Assembly: GCA_051251855.1 (NCBI GenBank)
Contig: JBPOGI010000003.1
Coordinates: 352,001-416,000 of the forward strand
From: Roseibacillus sp.
GTDB lineage: Bacteria > Verrucomicrobiota > Verrucomicrobiia > Verrucomicrobiales > Akkermansiaceae
Length of the DNA stretch: 64,000 bases
Direction: 5' to 3'
A model generated the notes under the pieces. That model saw only the letters and a program-made list of their open reading frames with translations, was not told where the DNA came from and did no database searches. Each line of letters starts with the position of its first letter. Position 1 is the first letter of the stretch. Below are positions 9,287-20,200 of this stretch, in pieces. A program made the position numbers and the translations under genes.

Positions 9287-10192
9287 GTGGCAAAAAAGAA
9301 GATGTCTCTCGAGGAAACCCACCATTTTGGGGCGAGTGAGTTTATTGCCGTTAAGAGTACCTCAGAAGATTCTCGTTCATGGTTAGCGAAGTCGCCCGTC
9401 TGTCATCAGCTCTCCCAACTCAATGTAGCCCATGTGGGGGTTTTGCATGCTCTTCATCCCTTCAAGGTGATTCGAGCGGACCAGTCGGGTAGCTTTATGT
9501 TCGCCTGTATCTCTGGTGAAGGAGAAGTTCTCATCGATGGGCGCTGGATGACGGTTCATGCGGGTGAGGCGTGTTGTTTGCCGCCGTTCGTGGCCAATGC
9601 GATTCGGGCGATCGAAGGGAGTGAGCCATGGACCTTTTGTTGGGTGCGCTATCTTGAAGTGCAGGATCAGCTTCCTCTGATTTCTTCTAAGTCTCCGGTC
9701 AAGGGACCCTTCGCATCCCATGTGCTTCGTCATGCGATTGAAGGGCTTCATGGCGAGGTGACAAGTCGCGCTTCCTCTCCAGCTCTTAACAAGCTTTGGA
9801 TCGATCTCATTCACAGCTATGTCCTCAAATTTGCGCAACCAAGTCATGGCGATAAGCGTCTATGGCGGCTATGGCAAGAAGTGGAAGCAGATTTAGGTAG
9901 ATCATGGAATGTTGCTCAGATGGCTGCGATCGCTGCAGTGAGCGAGGAGCATTTGCGCCGTCTGTCGGTGAAAGAACTGGGGCGTTCTCCGATGAAGCAT
10001 GTGATTTTTTTGCGGATGCAGAAGGCATGTCTCCTTCTGGGAACAAGGAAGGATAAGATCGAGACGATAGCCCATGAAGTGGGATACGATAACCCCTTCA
10101 CCTTCTCTACGACCTTTAAAAAATGGATTGGACGCCGTCCTTCGGAGTATCGACAGGGGTCGGACCCCGCTGAGAGTCGTACTATTGATTGA
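9287..10192 (+). CDS. AraC-family transcriptional regulator
   Basis: N-terminal cupin-like domain; C-terminal double HTH (WNVAQMAAIAAVSEEHLRRL...IETIAHEVGYDNPFTFSTTFKKWIGRRPSEYR). GTG start. Confidence 0.92.
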   Translation: MAKKKMSLEETHHFGASEFIAVKSTSEDSRSWLAKSPVCHQLSQLNVAHVGVLHALHPFKVIRADQSGSFMFACISGEGEVLIDGRWMTVHAGEACCLPPFVANAIRAIEGSEPWTFCWVRYLEVQDQLPLISSKSPVKGPFASHVLRHAIEGLHGEVTSRASSPALNKLWIDLIHSYVLKFAQPSHGDKRLWRLWQEVEADLGRSWNVAQMAAIAAVSEEHLRRLSVKELGRSPMKHVIFLRMQKACLLLGTRKDKIETIAHEVGYDNPFTFSTTFKKWIGRRPSEYRQGSDPAESRTID

Positions 10193-10865
10193 CTAGGTCG
10201 TCGCGGTGCAGTTCTCGTGATTGACCTCGTTCGTTCGTTTGCCAGATATGTCCGGTTTCGAGGTCTAGGGCACTGAGCCAACCTCCGCCGTAGGCGCAGG
10301 TGTCGAGACAGATGGCATAGCCCAAGTCGGTGGGGAGATCGCCTTGGATGGTGTGGCCGCAGACGACGGTCTTACCTGATGAATGAGGTTTTTGACTGTG
10401 GAAGCGCTGATAGTAGTAGGTCTCTTGGTCTTGTTCGGCGACGGGGAGGTTCGCATCGACTCCAGCGTGGACGAGAATGAAGTCCTCGGTTTCGTGGTAG
10501 TGCTTGGTATTACGGATGAAGTCCCAATGTTCCTCGAGAACATCGCTGAGGGAGCCTCCGTAGTTATCGAGGGTGTCTTGGCCTCCACAGAGTCCGCTCA
10601 GGAAGCGTTCGCGATCAGTGCGGGTCTCGAGGGCTCGTATCATTTGGATCTCGTGGTTGCCCATGAGGTTGACGGTGCGGTGTGTATCGCGGAGGGCGAG
10701 AAGGTGGTCGATGACGCCTTTGGAATCGGGGCCGCGATCGACGTAGTCCCCAAGGGTCACGATCAGGTCGTCTTCTTGCGGTTGTGCGACCTCAAGAAGG
10801 GTGCGCAGGGAGGTGAGGCAGCCGTGAATATCTCCAATGACCAATTGCATCTTGGGGAGGTGCAT
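10182..10865 (-). CDS. Metallophosphoesterase / PPP-family Ser/Thr protein phosphatase
   Basis: GDIHG, GDYVDRG, GNHE, VHAG, GHT and LDT motifs. Start is ATG 10865 or 10850. Confidence 0.9.
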   Translation of the reverse strand: MHLPKMQLVIGDIHGCLTSLRTLLEVAQPQEDDLIVTLGDYVDRGPDSKGVIDHLLALRDTHRTVNLMGNHEIQMIRALETRTDRERFLSGLCGGQDTLDNYGGSLSDVLEEHWDFIRNTKHYHETEDFILVHAGVDANLPVAEQDQETYYYQRFHSQKPHSSGKTVVCGHTIQGDLPTDLGYAICLDTCAYGGGWLSALDLETGHIWQTNERGQSRELHRDDLVNQ

Positions 10866-10936
10866 AACGTAGGAAGTTTTTTCAGCCAACCCCTTTTCTT
10901 GCTTCTGACGGTTAGCGACGATTAGACTGCGGAGAG

Positions 10937-11371
10937 ATGGATGCCTTTCGTGTGATAGCCTTCGGAAGTGCCGAGTATGAGCAGGAATGTCTCTTGCGGA
11001 ATGAAGTTCTGCGCAAGCCGCTAGGATTGTCGCTATGGGATGAGGAGCTTTCGAGGGAAAGTGGCGAGATGCACTTTGGCCTATTCTCCGATGAAAATGC
11101 TTTGGATGCTTGTGGTGTGGCGGTCGCCTTGAATGAGAAGCGGGCTAAGATTCGGCAAGTCGCGGTCCAGGATGAAAAGCAGGGGGAAGGCTTGGGGAGA
11201 AAGTTGCTCCAGGAGGCTGAGGTCGTTTTGAGAGAGAAGGGGTTTGAAGAGGTGGTGCTCCATTCGAGAGTGACTGTTGTGGGGTTTTACCTTCGATTGG
11301 GATACGAAAAAGAGGGCGACGTGTTTGAAGAGATTGGATTGGCTCATCAGAAGATGAAGAAGAGGTTGTGA
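10937..11371 (+). CDS. GNAT-family N-acetyltransferase (ElaA/YjcF-like)
   Basis: LRNEVLRKPLG, IRQVAV..EKQGEGLGRKLL acetyl-CoA motif, FYLRLGY...FEEIGLAHQKM. Confidence 0.9.
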   Translation: MDAFRVIAFGSAEYEQECLLRNEVLRKPLGLSLWDEELSRESGEMHFGLFSDENALDACGVAVALNEKRAKIRQVAVQDEKQGEGLGRKLLQEAEVVLREKGFEEVVLHSRVTVVGFYLRLGYEKEGDVFEEIGLAHQKMKKRL

Positions 11372-11409
11372 TTTCTTTTCAGGGGTGAATTTGTTGTTAG
11401 TTTTCTTCC

Positions 11410-12048
11410 GTGATTGACGAAGGAAAGTGGGAGGTATGTTTTCGCGAGTTTCTCGGTAAGCAGCTGGAGAGTGATCCGGCGCATGACTTAGCACACATCG
11501 AACGAGTGGTGCGCAATGCGAGGCAATTGACCGAGGCCGAGGGTGCGGATTGGGAAGTGGTGATGCCGGGGGCTTGGCTGCATGATTGTGTTTTTGTGGC
11601 TAAAGATTCGCCGCAACGGAGTCAGGCTTCTATTTTGTCGGCGGATTGCGCGGTGTCGTTTTTAAAGGAGAAGGCGTTTCCTTCGTCGGATTGGGAGGCG
11701 ATTCATCATGCCGTCGCAGCTCATAGTTTTTCGGCGGGGATTGAGACCCGAACTTTGGAGGCGAAGGTGCTGCAAGATGCGGATCGGATGGATGCCTTGG
11801 GTGCGGTCGGGTTGAGTCGGTGTTTGATGTTGGGTGGCCACATGGGGACGGCTCTGATGAGTCCGGTGGATCCTTTTTGTGAGGAACGTGAGCCTGACGA
11901 TGGGCGCTTCACCATTGACCACTTTTACCGAAAGCTGTTGAAGCTGGAGAATACGATGAAGACGGATTCGGGGCGAGTTTTGGCAAGGGAACGGAGTGAG
12001 GTGCTGCGTGAGTTTCTTGCTCAGTTGCGGCGGGAGACGGAAGGGTAG
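11410..12048 (+). CDS. HD-domain phosphohydrolase (YedJ-like)
   Basis: DPAHDLAHIERV, WLHD, HSFSAG, LQDADRMDALGAVG, DHFYRKLL. Confidence 0.9.
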   Translation: MIDEGKWEVCFREFLGKQLESDPAHDLAHIERVVRNARQLTEAEGADWEVVMPGAWLHDCVFVAKDSPQRSQASILSADCAVSFLKEKAFPSSDWEAIHHAVAAHSFSAGIETRTLEAKVLQDADRMDALGAVGLSRCLMLGGHMGTALMSPVDPFCEEREPDDGRFTIDHFYRKLLKLENTMKTDSGRVLARERSEVLREFLAQLRRETEG

Positions 12049-12156
12049 TTGTTTTTTCGGAGCTGAGTTGGTGACAACTCGGGCGGCTAGGATGGTGAAG
12101 TTGCAGGCCCAGCCCGCTTTGTCACCAAAGCGACTACACAGACTGGGCTGACACCC

Positions 12157-12195
12157 AAAAAAATCGCTCCTGACCGGTGAGGGTGCAGGAGCGAT
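12157..12195 (-). terminator. Rho-independent terminator of katG
   Basis: Stem ATCGCTCCTG / CAGGAGCGAT followed on the minus strand by a T7 run, just downstream of the katG stop. Confidence 0.7.
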
Positions 12196-12217
12196 GAAGA
12201 GGGTGGGGTGGCCGTCT

Positions 12218-14452
<2,235 letters not shown>

Positions 14453-14511
14453 TTAGAGGTGAAATTGTGGTTGCGAAGGGGAATGCTAGGCGTGCTCATT
14501 CAATAAGTGAA

Positions 14512-14548
14512 ACAGATTCTAAAAATCACTGGTATAGGTTTTTCCTAT
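14512..14548 (-). promoter_or_regulatory. OxyR/LysR-type operator upstream of katG
   Basis: Minus strand reads ATAG-N7-CTAT-N7-ATTT-N7-CTGT, matching the spacing of the OxyR ATAG-N7-CTAT-N7-ATAG-N7-CTAT consensus; 66-102 nt upstream of the katG ATG. Confidence 0.65.
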
Positions 14549-14563
14549 TGTCGAATGGGCATG

Positions 14564-14600
14564 AAAAAGGCCGACTGGAGGGTGAATCCAGTCGGCCTTT
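14564..14600 (-). terminator. Rho-independent terminator downstream of CDS 14629-17007
   Basis: 14-bp perfect stem AAAGGCCGACTGGA / TCCAGTCGGCCTTT, 7-nt loop, T-run on the minus strand. Confidence 0.85.
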
Positions 14601-14628
14601 GGAAAAAAGAAGTGGTCAGTGATGACTC

Positions 14629-17007
14629 CTAGTTTTCTTCGACACGGAAGAAGGAAGCATCGCCTGTGATATCGAACTCAAAGCGATTGTCGCCAGCACC
14701 ACTTGGAGCGAGGGAGGTGGTCACGTCGGTTGCCCCTCCTCCGAAGTCAAGGCCGCCGCTAGTCGGGGTGGTGACTTTGTAGCCAGCGCCACCAGGGGTG
14801 AACTCGATAAAGAAGGTGTCCGCATCAACAAATCCACAATTGGTAATTACTGGACTACCGGTGGGAGCCGCATCGACATCGAAGTAGCACATCGTGATGC
14901 TGAAGTCGCGAAGGCGAAGCCCAGGGGTCACCGAACCAGGGGTGAGCACTGCATTGTTCGCGACTAATGTCGGGGAGCCGGGAATAATGGCGGTAGCTCC
15001 AGCCACGTTCTCGTAAGCCTCTCCGCCATCACCAGAATTGATATTGGGAAGGCTCAAGCTAATCGTCGAGCCGTTGATATCCCCCGAGGCGGAACCGTCA
15101 GTCACTACTCCGTCACCCGCGTTACCACTCGCAAAGAGCTTACCGGTTGTGAAGTTGAAATCGACCGTTTTGCCGGTTGAAGCCGTTGCATTTACGATTT
15201 CCAAAGTGAGGGTCTCACTTGGGTCGAGAGCGTTAGTGCCATTACCAGCAATTCCAATGCCTTCTCCAGTGACGACCACATTGTCTGTTGTTCCGGAAGA
15301 GACACGAACGGTGAAATCGACGAAGTCGTCAAATGTTTCTGTGCCGTCAAAGTCCAAGAAGTTCCAGCGAAGTGGCAAGTCAACCGTAGGGCTGGGCACA
15401 ATCATGGTGCCATCAAAGCCAGGGGCAGCTTGGATGGTGCTACCGTCACTAGTCGCAGTTCCATTGAAGACGTAGGTCGCGTTGTTGCGAAGGTTGAGGT
15501 CCGTGACAGTGAAGCACTCCGTTGCGATTGGGGCGGGAGTTCCTTCAGCGAGGTAGTTAAACTTGAGGTCAAAGTCGCGAACGTAAGCGCTGAATTTAGG
15601 ATCTGTGTCCTCGAACACGGAGGGGGCTGCGGTCACCTGATTGAAGGAAGAGTTGTCAAAAGTGACTCCAGTTGCCGGGGTGGGGAAGAAGGCATGGCGA
15701 GCAGTGGAGAATTGAAAGCCGTCGCCATCCAATATGACTCGGGTCTCCGTTCCGTTGACATCCAAAGCTGCGTCGCCTTGGGTTAGTAGGCCCGCGCCCG
15801 CACTTCCTCCGGCACCAACACCGACTTCGTTAAATCCTGCGAACTCGACCGCACCCACGATGCCTGGCTTGAGCTCCAAATCGACAATTTCTACAAAAAC
15901 GCCTTCTCCAGAACCGATTCCCCAAGTCTCACCGCCATTGACCCCAATTCCGTTACCGGCAGCGAATCGCGCTCCAGAGCCCGTGGTTGAGTAAACGCGC
16001 ATCACAAAGTTGAAGTAGTCGTCATCGACTCCGACGCCGTCGAGGTCGATGCCGTCAAATCGCAAAGGAACGTCGAATGAGGCGGATCCTCCTCCGGGGA
16101 CTTCGGTAGCGAGGTCGAACCCGGCATCGGGGTTTTCAATAATGGTGCCGAAAGGGAAACCCAAATTTTGAGCGAGTCCCAAGGTTGTGTTTCCAGCTGT
16201 TGCAAAGACACGGAGATTATCGGTGGTGAAGCAAACGGGAGGAGTGACTGGAGTGCCTGCGGGGTCGTAGCTGAGCTGGAAGTCAAAGGCACGAACGCGG
16301 TTGGTTAGAAGAACAGAGACGGGATCGTTGAATCCCGAGACGGTTTCGGTGTCTCCGATGGCAACGGTGGTGATATCCTTGAAAAAGACTGATGGTTGCA
16401 AGCTGAAGTCTACCGGTGGGAAGGCGGTGTATATGTATCCGCTCTCAGGATCTTGGGCGGTATCATTGACGCTAATGGTGACGTCAACGCCGTTGATGTT
16501 GGCATTGGTTTGACCGACGGTTGGATCTGGGTCGGGGCCATTACCACCGCCACCAATCGCTGCTTGAGTGAAGCCGTCAAAGGTGGCTGCTCCGGCAGTG
16601 ACGCTCGGGCTGAGGACAGGGTTGATGATTTCAATAATCATCTCCTCTCCCGGATTAAGGTTGTCGTTGATGCTGTCGGTCCCGGATTTTAGCCCGATGC
16701 CTTGGTTGCTCATGGCCACGGTTCCTTGATTACCGGTGATGCGAAGGGTAAAATTGATGTAGTCGTCGGCGGTGGAGTCGCCATTCAGGTCCAAGCCACT
16801 CCAGCGCAAGGGAATGTCCGAGATGAGGCTTCCTCCTCCAGGGGCCGTGAAGCCGGCATCGGGGTCGATTTCGATGAGCCCTTCGCTGGGAGCTCCAAAG
16901 ACTCCAGAACTCCGGTAGCTGAAGTCGTTCACTGTGAGGGTAGTTTGAGCGGAGAGAGCGCAAGCGCTGAGGGCGGCGAAAACTCCGCCATACAAGGTAT
17001 ATTTCAT
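14629..17007 (-). CDS. Secreted acidic beta-rich hypothetical protein with three internal ~240-aa repeats and a C-terminal FFRV tail
   Basis: Signal peptide; repeated motifs PLR(W/F)..(L/I)D..G....DD(Y/F)..F..R and R.(F)(D/S); terminator downstream. Confidence 0.8.
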   Translation of the reverse strand: MKYTLYGGVFAALSACALSAQTTLTVNDFSYRSSGVFGAPSEGLIEIDPDAGFTAPGGGSLISDIPLRWSGLDLNGDSTADDYINFTLRITGNQGTVAMSNQGIGLKSGTDSINDNLNPGEEMIIEIINPVLSPSVTAGAATFDGFTQAAIGGGGNGPDPDPTVGQTNANINGVDVTISVNDTAQDPESGYIYTAFPPVDFSLQPSVFFKDITTVAIGDTETVSGFNDPVSVLLTNRVRAFDFQLSYDPAGTPVTPPVCFTTDNLRVFATAGNTTLGLAQNLGFPFGTIIENPDAGFDLATEVPGGGSASFDVPLRFDGIDLDGVGVDDDYFNFVMRVYSTTGSGARFAAGNGIGVNGGETWGIGSGEGVFVEIVDLELKPGIVGAVEFAGFNEVGVGAGGSAGAGLLTQGDAALDVNGTETRVILDGDGFQFSTARHAFFPTPATGVTFDNSSFNQVTAAPSVFEDTDPKFSAYVRDFDLKFNYLAEGTPAPIATECFTVTDLNLRNNATYVFNGTATSDGSTIQAAPGFDGTMIVPSPTVDLPLRWNFLDFDGTETFDDFVDFTVRVSSGTTDNVVVTGEGIGIAGNGTNALDPSETLTLEIVNATASTGKTVDFNFTTGKLFASGNAGDGVVTDGSASGDINGSTISLSLPNINSGDGGEAYENVAGATAIIPGSPTLVANNAVLTPGSVTPGLRLRDFSITMCYFDVDAAPTGSPVITNCGFVDADTFFIEFTPGGAGYKVTTPTSGGLDFGGGATDVTTSLAPSGAGDNRFEFDITGDASFFRVEEN

Positions 17008-17218
17008 GGTTCTTTAGGTCTCTTTCAGAATGATTTCCAGCGAAAGAGGAGGTTTCGTGGGAATGTCTTTCGGCTTTGAAAGAGTGAAAGAATCTGAGAA
17101 GAAATTGAGAAATTTTCTCACGAAATTACACCAAATGTTGCGAGGTTCGTGAGGGTGGGCTCTTATCCCGCTCATTTTTAATGGGTTGAGATGAGGGCGA
17201 GCGGGGACTTGGGCTCTG

Positions 17219-20200
17219 TTAGTCCAAGGTTGGTCTGAGGAAGGGAGCTGTTTGGGAGGGTTTTGCTTTGGCGATCTGCTCGGGGGTGCCTGCGGCGACG
17301 ATGGTGCCACCGTTGGCTCCGGCTTCGGGTCCGATGTCGAGGATGTAGTCGGCTTGGGCGGCGAGGTCCATGTGGTGCTCGATGACGATCACGGTGTGGC
17401 CTTCCTCGACGAGGCGGTGGAGGACGTCGATGAGCTTAGCGACGTCTTGAGCGTGGAGGCCGATGCTGGGTTCTTCGATGAGGTAAAGGTTGGCAATTTT
17501 CATTCCCGAGAGAGCTGCTTTGGGGGAGCGGCCTTTGATGAGCTGGGAGACGAGTTTGATGCGCTGGGCTTCGCCGCCACTGAGGGTGGGGCTGGGTTGG
17601 CCGAGTTGGAGGTAGCCGAGGCCGGTGTCGGCGAGGAGGGAAAGGGTTTTGCTGAGCTTGGGGACGGCGGAAAAGAACTCGGCGGCGTCGGCGATGGTCA
17701 TGCGGAGGACTTCGCCGATGTTGCGGCCGTTGTAGGTGACTTCGAGGGTGGCGGGGTTGTAGCGGTCGCCTTCGCAGCCATCACAGTCGATCCAAGTGGC
17801 GGGGAGGAAGTCCATCTCGAGCTTGATGCGGCCGTTGCCTTTGCAGTCGGGGCATTGGCCTTCTTTGTTGTTGAAGGAGAAGCGGCCTTGGTCGAAACCG
17901 CGCATGCGGGCTTCGGGGAGGAGGGCGAAGAGCTTGCGGATTTCGTCGAAGAGTTTGACGTAGGTGGCGGGGCAGGAGCGGGAGGTTTTGCCGATGGGGG
18001 TTTGGTCGACTTCGTAGCAGGCCTTGAGGCTTTGGAAGCCGCTGATGGACTTCCAGGTTTTCTCGATGTTGCTCTTTGAGAGGGAATCGAAGGCAGGTTT
18101 GATAGTGCCGCGCATGAGGGAGGACTTTCCGCAGCCGGAGACGCCGGTGAGGACGGTGAGGCGTCCGAGGGGAATGGCGGCGTCTATGTTCTTGAGGTTG
18201 TTCTGGGTGCAGCCTTTGAGCTTGAGCCAGCCGGTGCGGGAGTTTTTGGCGGGGACTTTGCGGCGCGGTGGTTTGAGGAAAGGGTCGAGGCTGATGCAGT
18301 CGGCGGCGACGATTTCGCCGCCGAGACGACCGGCTCCGGGGCCGAGGTGGATTTGAGTGTCGGCGCGGTCCATGGTTTCCTCGTCGTGCTCGACGATGAG
18401 GAGGGAGTTGCCTTTTTGTTGCAGGGTGCGAAGGGTGTCTAACAGTTTGACGTTGTCGCGCGGGTGGAGGCCGATGGTGGGTTCGTCGAGAACGTAGAGC
18501 ACGCCGCGCAGGTTGGAGCCAAGTTGAGCGGCGAGTCGGATGCGTTGCGCTTCGCCACCGGAAAGGGTGTTGGCGGAACGGTCGAGGGAAAGGTAGCCGA
18601 GGCCAACTTCGTCGAGGAAGTGAAGGCGTTGGGTGAGCTCGGGGAGGATGTCGCGAGCGATGAGTTTGTCGCGGCCGGTGAAGGTGAGGTGTTCTATGGT
18701 TTCGCGGGCGTCGACGACGGAGAGTGAGGTGAGGGCGGGGAGGGAAAGGGCGCCTTCGAGGTAGACGTGGCGCGCGCTTTCGTTGAGGCGGGTGCCGTAG
18801 CAGTCGGGGCAAATGATGAGTTCGGTGACGTCGGCCTTGTCGAGCTTGCGGTCGTAGTCGATTTCTGCTTCGGAGACGGAGTTGAAGGCGGAGGTGTCGA
18901 TGCGGTCGCGCTTGGTGGCGATGTGTCCGTAACCACGACAGCTCTTGCACCAACCACGAGGGCTGTTGAAAGAGAAGTGGCTGGGGTCGGGTTCCTCGAA
19001 AGAGCGACCAGTGGCAGCGGAGACGCGGGCGGTGGAGAGGGGGACGATTTTTTTGTCGGAGGTGAGGAGGCGGCAGGTGCCTTTGCCGACTTTGAGGGCT
19101 TCGGAAAGAAGTTTGCTAGTGTGCAGTTTTTCAGTGTTCAGTTTGATTTCTCCGATGACGGCGTCGATGTCGTGTTCGACGAAGCGTTCGAGGCGTTGGA
19201 AGCCTTCGACATCCTTGAATTGTTTGTCGACGAGGAGTTGGGTGTATCCTTGGCGGCCAGCCCAGGCGGCGACGTCGGTGTGGTAGCCTTTGCGGCCGCG
19301 AATGATGGGGGCGAGGAGGGTGATGGGGCCTTTCTTGGCTTCCGCTTTGAGGGTTTGCAGAATGGTGTCCTCGGTCTGGGAGATGACGGGTTCGCCGGAC
19401 TCGGGGCAGTGTTGGATGCCGACTTTGGCAAAGAGGAGTCGGAGGAAGTGATAGAGTTCAGTGATGGTGGCGACGGTGGACTTGCCGCCTCCGCGTGAGA
19501 CGCGTTGTTCGATGGCGACGGTGGGGGGAAGGCCGGAGATTTTGTCGACGTCGGGTTTTTCTAACTGCTCGGCGAACTGACGCGCGTAGGGCGACATGGA
19601 GTCGAGAAAGCGTCGTTGTCCTTCGGCGAAAACGAGGTCGAAGGCGAGGGTGCTTTTTCCGGAGCCAGAGAGGCCGGTGACGACGACCATTTCATCACGC
19701 GGAATCTCGAGCGTGATATTCTTCAGGTTGTGATGCCGTGCCCCATGAATGGAAATCACGTTCTTCACCTTCGCCGCTTTCTTCGCAGCGACTTTAGTTT
19801 TTAGGTTTTTAGTTTTTAGTTTTTTCGAAACAAGAGGAGCCAAGAACTCGCCAGTAAACGTCTTCGACTTCGCGACTTCCTCAGGGGTGCCGGTTGCGAC
19901 GATTTCACCACCATGAACACCAGCTGCAGGGCCGAGGTCAATGAGGTGATCGGCGCTTTTGATGACGTCGAGGTTGTGCTCGATAACAAGGAGGGTGTGG
20001 CCGCTATCGACGAGGCGTTGGAAGATGATGAGAAGACGCTCGATGTCGGCGAAGTGGAGGCCAGTGGTGGGTTCGTCGAGGATGAGGAGGGAGCTGGCGT
20101 CGTTGGTGTTGGTTCCTAACAGCTGGCAGAGTTTGAGGCGCTGGGATTCGCCGCCAGAGAGGGTGTTGAGGGGTTGGCCGAGGCGGAGGTAACCGAGGCC

